NCBI GenBank assembly: GCA_951406725.2
Contig: OX597825.1
Location: 57,536,001 to 57,600,000 of the forward strand
DNA: 64,000 nt
Direction: 5' to 3'
Source of the DNA: Octopus vulgaris
Lineage: Eukaryota
Below, piece by piece: positions 1-12,071 of the stretch. Positions within the stretch are counted from its first letter, which is position 1; each line of letters begins with the position of its first letter. The position numbers and the translations under genes were made by a program. The notes beneath the pieces were generated by a model. It saw only the letters and a program-made list of their open reading frames with translations. It was not told the DNA's origin and did no database searches.

Positions 1-154
1 GAATGGACTGGGTACATTTTGTCATGCCACCAGTACTAGAAAGGATGTCTGTAGAAGGACAAAAGAGATTCTACAGTTCTATATTTGAGAGACGAGGAAT
101 TATTTACATTATTTACATTTGACGGATATTTGTCCTCATCTTGTTTGTTGTTAA

Positions 155-196
155 CACAACGTTTCGGCTGATATACTCTCCAGCCTTTATCAGGTG
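155..196 (-). ncRNA. Minimal type I hammerhead ribozyme motif (core G8>A in this copy)
   Basis: Minus strand reads cac CTGATAA a GGCTG gagagtatat CAGCC GAAAC GTT gtg. The sister arm retains CTGATGA at ~1193 but lacks stem II and GAAA. Confidence 0.7.
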
Positions 197-713
197 GCTT
201 GGGAAAATTTCGAACTGGGGTTATCATTCTTAGGGTATTTTCAGTGTCATTATTATTATTATTCAGGTCACTGCCTGGAATCAAACTCAGAATCGTGGGG
301 TTAGTAGCCTGCACTATGCCATATGCCCATGGGCAATTATGGAGTGAATTTTAGGGCTTTTAAATTTAATATCTTCCTATCCTTCCTTAATACCGGTTCC
401 CATATGCTACTCATATCTGCACTCAGTCTGGGTTATTATGTCCTAGCATATGTGCTGCTTCTTTTAGTTTTTGTATTTTCCAGTGGTGTTCTCTATCTAT
501 TATATTAAATTCATCCCACAGGGGGAGATGGTCTCCATTTTTCCATACATGATCAGCTATACCCGATTTATCAATATCTCCTTGCGTCAAAGCTTTGCAA
601 TGTTCCTCTACCATATAAAGATATGTGGCTCATGTGATATCAGGACAGTATTCATGAGTAATACAACACTTCGCAAATATCTCCTTTGAGTAAAACCACC
701 AATAGAAGAGAAT

Positions 714-971
714 ATGACCAAAGACTGCGTGTACTCCTTCCCATGCAGCTGTGGTAGGTTATACAAAGGCGAAACATACCAGCCCCTAAAAATAAGGGTA
801 GAGGAACATCGCAAAGCTGTGACACGAGGAGATATTGATAAATCGGGTATAGCTGATCATGTATGGGAAAATGGAGACTACCTCTCCTTGTGGGATGAAG
901 TTAAAATAATAGACAGAGAACACCACTGGAAAATACGAAAACTAAAAGAAGCAGCACATACTAGGACATAA
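714..971 (+). pseudogene. GIY-YIG endonuclease fragment of Penelope-like retrotransposon
   Basis: CVYSFPCSCGRLYKGET...LKIRVEEH...SGIADH...RKLKEA matches the PLE GIY-YIG pattern (VY-IPC-C-YIGET-R-EH). Confidence 0.85.
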
Positions 972-1086
972 TAACTGCCTAAGCAGACCGAGTGCAGATA
1001 TGAGTAGCATATGGGAACTGGCATTAAGAAAAGATAGGAAGATACTAGATTTATAAGCCCTAAAATTCATTCCATAATTGCTCACA

Positions 1087-1152
1087 GGCATATGGCATAG
1101 TGGTTAAGAGTGCGGACTACTAACCCTAAGATTCTGAGTTCAATTCCAGGCA
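1087..1152 (+). promoter_or_regulatory. tRNA-derived A/B-box cassette inside the PLE 3' region (mirror copy 272-328 minus)
   Basis: TGGCATAGTGG (A-box-like) and GAGTTCAATTCC (B-box-like) at tRNA spacing. No complete cloverleaf. Confidence 0.6.
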
Positions 1153-1339
1153 AACACTTTAGGAATCCAGGTTTGAAATTTCTTCAAAACACCTGATGAA
1201 TGTATTAACAACAAACCAGATGAGGACAAATATTCATCAAATGTAAATAATGCAAAAGAGTTTCTGCTATCATGTAGCAACGTTTTTATGCAGAATCACT
1301 ACTCTCTTAGACATGCTTCTCTATTATGTAATGATGGGT

Positions 1340-1600
1340 TTGTCTAAACAAGTAGTTTAGGGTTGCTGGGAATAATAATGTTCATCCGAACAGGATATCA
1401 CATGGGAGAAGATGGGAGAATCAGGCTGTAGACAATCTGGTTGATGCATGCTAGGAAGGTTCTGCTGCAGGTCTGGCACTGGTGGTCTGTTGGGAATGAA
1501 AGCAAGGAGTTGGCTCTGGACTTGTGCAGCTCATGTTTTCTTTGTGCTAAGCAGGATTGAGTACAGCGACCACTAGGTATCCCAGGGGCACTTTTTGGTT
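1340..1600 (-). mobile_element. Decayed RTE-type LINE 3' end
   Basis: Minus-strand translation AQRKHELHKSRA...DHQCQTCSRTFLAC resembles the C-terminal zinc-finger tail of RTE ORFs. Confidence 0.45.
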
Positions 1601-2859
1601 AAATGTGTCTCCTTAGTGCAGTGGTTTTCTTTAAGGGGACCTCTCTCCCACACAAGTTGCCTTCATTTCAGCTTAAGAAGTCTACTTTTCCAAACAAGTT
1701 GGTCAGTTCAATATGCAAGGAGAGGGTTAAGCTACCATGGAAGCTGTCAGTTTAAGGGTACAGGGAACATGAGATTATTTCCACTGTGTAGGTAGAGGGA
1801 GGGAGTTTGCAGAGGCAAACAACACTGTTACCATGGTACAGATAGAGAAGTATTTTGTGACTAAGGGAACTTAATTTTGGTTCTGCCTACATTCTTTTAT
1901 CTTTTATATTTTACTTGTTTCAGTCTTAGACTGTGGCCATGCTGGATCATCACCTTGAAGAATTTTTTTACCACACAGCCATGCCTGTCAGTGTTGATGA
2001 TATATTTAACTTGTCAACAATATACAGGAACTGTGTGTAATGAAGTGACATAATTGCTGTGAGTGTACAGTGGATGGAACTTCATTAGGAAGACATTTGA
2101 CTCATTTGTATCATCTTCATGTTGTATTTTTATTTGTTCTTTACATTGGCTTTTCCATTCTAGCATGGATTGGTCTGAGTCAGTTCTTATTCAGAACTAC
2201 TGCCTGCATAAAGAGGATAGAGACTGTTTCACATGTATTCTTTATTTCCACTAAGGTGTCAAAAGCAGGATGCCCTCTCTATCATCATCCACTTTACAGA
2301 GTGTGCTGGATGCATTTTATTATGGCACCAGCACTAGAGAAGTTACCTTGTCTCTAGTAACACAAAAATGCCTTTTCTACTCCACATTGACTCTACACCT
2401 GTTTGTTCATTAGCACCAGAGAGGTTGCCTCCTTCCTTTAAAGTCTTTGTGAGATTAAATAAGTACCAGTTATGCACTGGGGTCAGTGTAACCAACTCAA
2501 TCCCTTTGTTTGTCCCCTCTATGTTTATCTCCCTGTGGGCATTAACAGGTGCTTTATGAAAGGATGAGTGGCAAAGTTGAGTGCAGCAAGATTTGAACAG
2601 GAGCATGAGTGGATGTATTGTAACCCTTTGTATGGACACGTGCATACATATATATGTGACTGAGTATGTGCATATATGTATGTATATTTATATACATGTG
2701 CACATGTGTTTGTGTATGTATGTATATTTATGTGCATGAGTGATTGTGTGTGTGTGTGTGTGTGTGTGTGCGTGAATGTGTGAACATGTATGTTATGTAT
2801 GCATACTGTTGGTTGTACAACTAAATGTTTGGTAACTGTTAACAATAATGAATGGATTC

Positions 2860-3310
2860 TAAGTTAGGCACAAGGCTGGCAAGTTTTGATGGGAGGGGAA
2901 TAGTTGATTACATCGACCCCAGTACTTGACTGGCATTTTATTTTATCAGGCAGGATGAAAGGCAAAGTTGACCTCGGTAGAGGAGGAATGAAAGGCAAAG
3001 TTGACCCCTGTGGGATTTAAACTCAGAATGTAAAAACCTAGAACAAATACAAGGTATTTTTGTCTAATTCTAATGATTCAGCCAATTCATTATCATAGTG
3101 GTGTGTAATGTTTCTAGTTTAGGTACAAGGGCTGCTATTTTGAGGGGAGTGCTGGTCAGTTAAATTGACTTCAATACTCAACTAGAACTTTGTGTACCCT
3201 GGAGGTATGAAAGTCAAAGTTGATCTTGGTGGGATTTGAACTCAGAACATAAAGAGCCAGGACAAACACAGCAATGCATTTTTTCCAATGCTCTACTGAT
3301 TCTACCACTC
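2860..3310 (-). mobile_element. Decayed cluster of SINE family B copies
   Basis: Repeated ggatgaaaggcaaagttgacc...gatttgaactcagaa motifs homologous to 59598-60177, with CpG decay. Confidence 0.75.
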
Positions 3311-3667
3311 CACTACCTCAGTGGTGGGTAATATTGAAACCATATTTGCAAAATTGCTGCTGTTTAGCCGTAAGCTAGCCATGATTGAGCAGACCTAAAA
3401 TCTAAGGCAGTCCAGTTGTGACCATCTCATCTTTTGTAAATCAAAGGCTACATTCATTGGTCAATGTATCTTAATTTAAAACGGTATAGTGTGATTTGGT
3501 TGCTTTTTATAGCAGGTCGAACAACTTTGAAGATATATCCTCGCTGGATCTAATAACACAAAGCACCTGTTACACCCATAATGTATCTGACATTTTGACA
3601 ACTTTTGAATAGCAATCACGCGTGACGAAGCAGAAAAAGTTGTCTAAACACGACAGAGTTAGCAACT

Positions 3668-3750
<83 letters not shown>

Positions 3751-5204
3751 TGGGTGTGTGCGTAGGTATACACCTTAGAGAACATTTCTATCTATCTGTC
3801 TGTCTGTATCCAACAAGCTAGCTATTCGGAACTAGTAGTAATTGTTATAATGCAAACTTATTTACGATGTCAGATTAAAGTTACTGCGACAAACGTGAAT
3901 TTATTATTATGTTAAACTGTTCGCGTTTGGGTTGCAGCTCATATACAGGAAATAGCAGATACACCCACCCACGTGCATACACATACACATGTACACGTAT
4001 GGATACGTTAAATGTGTATTATCTAGCACACAAAAGCAATTGCTCTGCAGTAAAGGTTATTTTTGAAAATGCAAGTAAATTAACAAGCGACCTGTTTAGA
4101 AGGAATGTAAACGAAAGGATGAGGGGATCGCGATACTGTTGACTATAAAAATAAACATTGATGCCTATTTTGTAGTTGAATAGCGAGAATCGAAACCAAA
4201 TCAAGCGAACACACACAACTGGATATATCTAATTTGGTTTTCATATCAGCGATGGTGACATGAAAAAAAAAAAAGAAAGAAAAAAATTAACAAGGCTGTA
4301 GAGTAGTTTACTACTCCACCCGTGTGCAGCAGTTTATAGATTAGCTAATTTCTCCACGCTGGGTAGGTGTGGACATATAATTTTTTAACGTCTTCTATCG
4401 GATAAGTATATATACCATATTTCTTTGCTGGGACCATTTTTCAATAAGCGCAATTAAAATTACAAAACAATCACGGAGCCGGTACTAAAAACACATGTTA
4501 ATATAGTTGATCTCTCCTCATCCATCTAATGTAATATCGTAAATAACCGAACAGAAATTATAAAACTGCTTGGATAGATTTAAGACACGAATATTAATGT
4601 AATGCAATATCAGTTTGAATACGTTACATCTCTATATTTAGAATTATTGATAACATTATACAGTGTCAATCGAGTCATGTTGTAACGCCCTCCCAAGCGG
4701 GACTAGCGCAAAATAAACAGGGACAAACAGAAGGAATATTACAACTGGTGAAGATTAAAATGAAAATCCGTTATAAGGATTACCGATTTAAGATATCCGT
4801 TGAATTGCTGATACTGTGGAAGTGGACACTGTTTAGAACAATACAATAAATGTCTCAGTTAAAACATTCAGTAGCGAATTTCTGTCAGCTCGCACCCAGC
4901 AACAAACAAGCTTTTGTGGTTTCTTTTCTTCTTCCAAACTAGAGATTTCTACATCCGTCAGCTGCTACACTGTCACGCACAGACAGTGGCGTAGTTCTTT
5001 TGTAGGCAGACATTCTTTCAGCTACTTTCACTATTGTTTCAATTGCGGAATAAACGCATAAACGATGTAAATGATCAGAGACTGTCCAGTGCCGACTTGA
5101 GTGAATAATTCATCCGTATAATCTAAGCTTGAAAAGCTACGTTCATTCTACGGGGCCACGAATCTTTAAGGTGCATGAAGCCAAATCAAACTGTTATTAA
5201 CTAA

Positions 5205-5337
<133 letters not shown>

Positions 5338-5547
5338 TTCTATCTATCCCTTCTACTTTAGTCACTGGACTGCAGCTATACTGGGGCACTGCTTTCAAGG
5401 GTTTAGTCGAACAAATCGACTCCCAGGACTTACTTTTTTAAAGTCTGGTACTTATTTTATCGGTATTTTTTTTGCCAAACTGCTAAGTTACAGAGGAGTA
5501 AACAAACCAACACCGGTTGACAAGCGGCGGTGCGGGACAAACACAAC

Positions 5548-5589
<42 letters not shown>

Positions 5590-5595
<6 letters not shown>

Positions 5596-8524
5596 TCAAA
5601 ACTCTAGTACTTTCAGTTGCAGCCTCTGCTCTCTTCTTATATAGCTACTCGTCCATACCTGCGGTCAATCATAGTGAACTACAACCCTTGCTGACAGTGC
5701 GTCACATCCATCGGCAACCACTTCTAATTGCTTCTCGCTCGAATGATTGACATCTGCCATAGTTTCTAACTAGCTTCTGTACACTTTCCCTAACTACACT
5801 GGTGTCAAAATCCCGACCGAAATTAATGTTCTGCCCCCGTTCGAAACCTCTGATACTCCAAGGTACAAGGACTACTCGCAGCGACTGGTCAAAATCTTGG
5901 GTCAAGTGTCCTAGGATCATAAGTTACTTTACAATCACTTCTGCAGCTCTCTTTGCTGGGATTCTCTTTTCACATGTAATAACTTATCTCACCCTCTCAT
6001 GTACAGCTGCCGAATCAATTCGGATTTGGACATTGCGCAACCCCTATTTGAATGTCAAATTTATTCCTGTCAACACAGCATCCAAATAGAATACATTGAT
6101 TAGGTAGTAATCTTCTTTTCGTTCTAAGCCAGGCTGTATTCTCTGTCTTAAATTTACTTATTTCAAGGACAACTTCTATTGCTATGCTACTAGCATTGCA
6201 CAGTACATCATCCCTCTTTGACATAGGCACATACAAGTTTCCTGTTTCTGGATCCTCTTTTGTCACCATCTCAAAGAGAAACCATCATTGCAACTTTCGT
6301 CTCTCCAACGTTCTTTCCTCAGCTACCATTATCTGCTCTTCTTTCCATATAGCTACATGCAATTTGGTGTCATCTAACGATAGGGTAGTGACTCATAAGT
6401 TTCCCGCACATCAAAAAACCGCTCTCGACGATTTAGGTCATCCTTCAATTCTGTAATCTTATTTCCTCTCTGAAACTGTCTCATCTGACCTGCCTTTCGC
6501 CAGCCGCTATCCTAACACTACTTATTTTATCATAGATTCCAGTCGTTTCGGAGCTAGTCCAAATTTCTTTAGATGATCTACGACTTCTGCTACCGTCATC
6601 ACTGTATCGTGCACTAATATGTTATCAATATAGGAGTTAATGGCCCTTTTCGCTCAGTCTACCTTCCCAATATCGCTTGGAGGACTGTTGCCATGATCAG
6701 AGTTCAATCCAAATCTCATATGAGTCAAATAATAAGTCTTACCCTGTACTTCATCCGTTGGTATTTTCACTTTTTGGTCACGTGAAGCTGTAGATAGGCT
6801 GACTTCAAATCTACTATCATGGATACTTCATCATGTATCTTCACTCTCTCAAGGTCTTCCCACATACATGAACTCTCTATCAGTATGACATGCCACATGA
6901 TCATTCAGCTCCCGAAAATCCAGCACTGGCTAGATTTCATTCTTCGTTGATTGAACAACTGTGATCAGGGGCAGCACCCCACTCTTCCCTTCTGCACTCC
7001 AAAGCATTAGAATATTTCCCTCAATACTTCTCACCGTCTCTCTCTCAAATTCAGCTCTCACACACCTCTTTTAAAGAGCTCTCATAACAGCTCACTTTAT
7101 TCTTCAGCACTGGAGCTTCACCTTTCCAGATTCATTCAACTGTCCATCACTTGCTGTAGAATACTGCATAAAACTCCTTGTTCTTAAACTTTCAAGGATC
7201 ATCCACCTCTCCTTGGCGCACTTTGCTAATTCCTCTGTCCTGACTCTTCTGCTGCACATTTATGATACATCATGCCGTCTAAACTCTGTCCTTTCCCCAC
7301 CGAGCAGGATGCCTCCTAGACCGCCAATTACATTCATCTCCATCGCAACATCAACCCATCGCGTTCCGCTTACCGCCAACTCCTTAATGCTGGTAACTCT
7401 TACAACGAACTACTCTTCCATCAACTGCTCATCTCACTTCAGCTATCTGCCAGTCTGGAATTCGCTGGAGTGGTTGTGCAGCCTGTATCGACCAGGATTT
7501 TTCTCCATAAGAACTTCCACCTCTTGAAACTAATGAAGGAGAACCTCTACATGGTTAACAGGGCAACTGCTGACGCAGTAACCTCATCCCACTGATTACA
7601 GTAGGTCGCTTTATGACGAACTTGGTCATACTAGTAACATACCAATTTCAGTTTGGGCTCCTTGCAATCTGTGATCATGTGCGGCTCATGACATCTGAAA
7701 CATTGCTCTTTGAAAGGGTGCATTCGCTTTCCTCTTCCGACTCCACGCTGCTCTCAGCTTGCTCTCTCACTGCACTCTGTCCCACTATAGCCACTGACGT
7801 AACGTTTTCTGCTCAGTTTGTCGTTAGTACTCTGGCTCTGGTCATTAAATCCTCCATAGTAATGCATTCGATATCCGGAAATTGCTGTAGCTGAAATATA
7901 ATCAGAGAAACCAGTCACAAACGGCAGCTCTCCTCTCCTCTCTAGCTAGTAGACAGTGCATCCAGCCAGTCCTACCAATTTTCTGACCTCGTTGGCGAAC
8001 ACATCCACATATTCGTCAGTCTATTTTGCTCTCCATAGGCTGATGCAGGTTACAAACGTTCTTTCCGTAAAAAATTCCTTTAACCTGGCTTGTATTTTCT
8101 CCGCATCTAGCTGGGCTTCGTTTTTTCCAAGATACAGCCCAACGCCATCTTTTCTAAAGATATGGTACGAAACTCGCCAAATTTCCAATACTGTGCAGTT
8201 TCGCGACCAATCTAGCCTTCATTCACGCGGCCACATCTTTCTGTTATAATACATCACTTGTGATTTTCATCTTGCCCGATATGTTCATATGGTTATGAGC
8301 CAAATTAGTTTGTGGCGAGAATTAGGTGAACTGAGAATAAAAGTAGTAGGTTAAACTGCAAGAAGGAAGCAGAAGCAAGATTTGCTCAATATGGAGATCG
8401 TTTACTTTCTCCACTCAGCTCTTACTCTACCGGCACGTCGGCAATACCTACTTCTCTTGCTGGAAGTAGGTATACGGCTCTTCACTTCCATTTCTCATTG
8501 CGCACGTTATCTCAGCTCATAACA
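5590..8524 (-). mobile_element. Degenerate Ty3/Gypsy-order LTR retrotransposon (candidate 5' LTR 8311-8524, gag, RT, RNase H, start of integrase), 3' truncated
   Basis: RNase H: LCNASSIAIEVVLEI...TAWLR and LDAVLTGINL. Integrase: RCQS...MDVTH...FTMID. RT region homologous to 19660-20230. Gag-like VDVFANEVRKLVGLAG. TG...CA bounded segment at 8524-8311. Confidence 0.75.
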
Positions 8525-8668
8525 TCCCAATAGTTTGGATAGTCCGACTTAATCCGACGAGTGTTCGGACACGTCGAGCTCCTGTTCCTAATGTAAAATG
8601 GTTTTAAAGGCTGAATGCCTTTCCTAAACGAAATCACTTAAAAGAGTGCACTGGATACTTTTCTCAAG

Positions 8669-8771
<103 letters not shown>

Positions 8772-8779
8772 ATTTTTTC

Positions 8780-9116
8780 CTTTGAAGAATTTTAGTCAAA
8801 GGAATCGACCCCGGCACTTATGTTTTTTTTGTTAAGCCTGGTATTATCTCTCGATCTCTATTGTCAAACCGTTAAGTAAGGGGTGTGAACACACAAACAC
8901 CGATTGTCAAGCAGTGGTGGGGGACAAACACAGGCACAAAAACACAAATACATAACGGGTTTCTTTCAGTTTCCGTCTACCAAATCCACTCGCAACGCTT
9001 TGGTCGGTCCGAGGCTACAGTAGAAGATAGTAGCTCAAGGTATCACTCAGAGGGACTGAATAAGGAACCATGTAGTTGGGAAGCAAGCTTCTTACCACAC
9101 AGCCACGCTTGCGCCT
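8780..9116 (-). mobile_element. SINE family C copy (tRNA head, CORE-like domain)
   Basis: Contains ttctttcagtttccgtctaccaaatccact and cttaccacacagcc, shared with 28547-28950. Confidence 0.8.
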
Positions 9117-9189
9117 ATATATACTATTATATGATTGAATGCCATGAATCCTCTTCCAAGTAAGCTTTGTTTTAATAATTCTGATGCGC

Positions 9190-9780
9190 ACTCTATACGA
9201 TCTTTTTACACTTTCGTTTTTCTCTTTTTCTCACTCTTATTCTTTTACCTCCTCTTCTCCCACTACTCTATCCTATTACTCTGTCACTCTCTCTCCCTCC
9301 CTCCTCCTCCCTTGCTCACTTGGCTCCCATGTGACCATTGGCCATCTTTCTTTCTCTTCGTTGTAGCTGGAACAAGGTAGACGTGTTCGTATTTGTCTCC
9401 TGTCCAAGCTTGATTTACGCGTTCGTTACCACAACTTCGTTTAGGGTTAGCAGCCCTTCTTATTTATTTTCATTGTTCTGTTTGAATTACCAATTTTGAC
9501 CCTCTGCAAAATCCCAAATTTTATTTAATTTTCTTTGCTGTAGCAATTGTTTTATCGAAAGCGTATATTGTTGTTAAATGCTCGAAATAGGAGACTAGAA
9601 AAACAGCCAACAACTGATGAAGGGTCGTTCTTTATGTTGTTTATTTTGTTTTCCATTTGTGTCTTTCGTTGTTCGAAAGAATAGTTCATGTTCCATGTAC
9701 TCGTGTTTCGTATTTTTTGTTCTACACATTTCGTGACGTCCTGTTGCCCACATATGCATATATGTATAGATGTAAGTATG
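9190..9780 (+). mobile_element. Non-coding PLE-type element (CT-rich tract, catgtgacc, CTGATGA...CGAAA) ending in (TA)n
   Basis: Segment acaactgatgaaggg...ttgttcgaaa is shared with 16918-16993. Architecture parallels 10598-11576. Confidence 0.5.
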
Positions 9781-9789
9781 TACATATAC

Positions 9790-9839
<50 letters not shown>

Positions 9840-9976
9840 GAGTAGTTGAATGAATTATCTTATGGATAATTCGGTTAACCGATACCGATACCTTCGAAAT
9901 TAGGAATATGCAGCCTTCGAAACATATGTCGAAAATAAAGGAATTTTGTTAATTCGTCGTTCAACTCCATTCTTTC

Positions 9977-10036
<60 letters not shown>

Positions 10037-10196
10037 GGTATACGCAACTGAGGCAGTATTTAATTAAAATATCCACTTATGTATCATACTTAATGTATAC
10101 ACACTTTTCATAGGCGACCTACTGCAGTTTTTGTCCTAAGATAGCATCTCTTATGGGTTTACTTACTGTATTAAAAACAATAACTGTCAGAAAGAG

Positions 10197-10264
<68 letters not shown>

Positions 10265-10550
10265 ATAAATAGATAGATAGAAAAAGAGAGAAAGAGAGGG
10301 AGAGAGAGAAATTTGTCTCTCCAACAGCCAGCGGGAGTGTCGGAGACATTTCAGCCTTCTTGGATCTTTTCAATGGCGCATAATCTCGGGTTGCTGCTGG
10401 GACAGATTTTCCTCTTTCTCTGACAGTCATTATTTTTTAACATATCAAGTCCATTGTAAGAAATGTTATCACAGGATAAAACCGCTGTGACTGGTATATC
10501 GACAGTGTGTATATACACTAAGTATAATACATAGATGCCCCCGCCTCTCT

Positions 10551-10597
<47 letters not shown>

Positions 10598-10601
<4 letters not shown>

Positions 10602-11572
10602 GGTATGTAGAAAAATACAACATGGACAAGAACGTATAACTCATAGAAGACGATACAATAAACACGGACAGGACATTCGAAACCCTCAGTCTTCAGTCAA
10701 GAACCGGATCATCGTAGTAATTTCGGCTGATTAATCTTGAGATTACTAGATCACGGCCAGCCCTCCAAGAAAAACTAAGCAACGAGGATTAGAAAAACTA
10801 AGCTGGAAGCGTAGATTTCCTGGAAGAAGGATCGAATGCATACGAACACCAGGACAGCAAAAGGGACAGATATAAAAAAACAAAAAACAATAATGGAATA
10901 CAGAAACATGAAATACAGAAGCATTAACGGTGAAAACAACAGTGTCTTACGACTGATAACAAGCAAACAAATTTTTTTTTTTTCTCTGGCGCATTGGAAA
11001 AAGCCTTTAAAGCGGCGGACGAAAACAGCGATGTTAACACGACGAGGGTCAGGAGCTGAAAGGCAGATTTCGGCCAACAGTCACGTGACAGAGAAGAGGG
11101 AAAAGAAAAGAAAGAGAAGCAAAGGAAGAGAGAGAGAGAGAGAGAGAGAGAGGAGGGACAAACGCAACAAAGAGAGAGAAGAGAGAGAAAGAAGGAATCA
11201 GAGAGGAGAAGGGATGGGTGTCGAAGAATGATCTGTGAGTGCAGAGCGAGACAAAGAAATAGGAGGGTAGTGGAAGACTAGACCAAAGAATCAGAGGAAA
11301 GAGAAGAGAAAAAGAGGATGAGTAGAGAGAAAAGAGAGAGAGGGGGACAGATCAAGTAAAAATGAGAGAGAGAGAGACAAACAGAGAGTCGTACCAATTA
11401 TTAAGAATATGATGTTAAGGTATGTAGAAAAATACAACATGGACAAGAACGTATAACTCATAGAAGACGATACAATAAACACGGACAGGACATTCGAAAC
11501 CCTCAGTCTTCAGTCAAGAACCGGATCATCGTAGTAATTTCGGCTGATTAATCTTGAGATTACTAGATCACG

Positions 11573-11576
<4 letters not shown>
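10598..11576 (-). mobile_element. Retrozyme-like non-coding element with identical 162-bp direct terminal repeats, flanked by (TA)n
   Basis: 10598-10759 equals 11415-11576. (TA)n on both sides. Non-canonical hammerhead-like motifs lie in and next to the repeat. Confidence 0.7.
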
Positions 11577-11654
<78 letters not shown>

Positions 11655-12001
11655 GATAAATCTCAGAGCCAGTTATAAACAGTAGCAGCAACACATCGTG
11701 ACGTATATTTGCCATTTGAATATGGCTAACCCCTAAGGGTGAATGCTACTGTAGTTTGTAGCCCCAGGAGGACACCTCCTCCAGCAGGCTATAGACACAC
11801 TTTCTGTGCCCTATCAGTATTTGCAAAGGGAAGCCATCCTTCCCGTCTTCAACTTATGATACACACGGACTCGAGTTTCAGGGTATTGACCCGTCATATA
11901 TATGTATATACATATATATATGTATATACATATATATATGTATATACATATATGTTTCTTTATTAGCCACACAGGGCTATATATATATATATATATATGT
12001 G

Positions 12002-12071
<70 letters not shown>

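Larger units (their letters stand above)
103..1256. mobile_element. Penelope-like element 3' remnant with inverted duplicate (minus copy ~103-612, plus copy ~660-1256)
   Basis: ORFs 423..614(-) and 714..971(+) encode near-identical peptides (VEEH-KA-T-GDIDKSGIADHVW). The nucleotide arms are reverse complements out to the 3' ends. Inverted pLTR arrangements are typical of PLEs. Confidence 0.85.

Noticed and set aside
4682-4968. Solo LTR (TGTAAC...GCTACA with AATAAA)
   Set aside because: No matching TSD and no second copy in the window.
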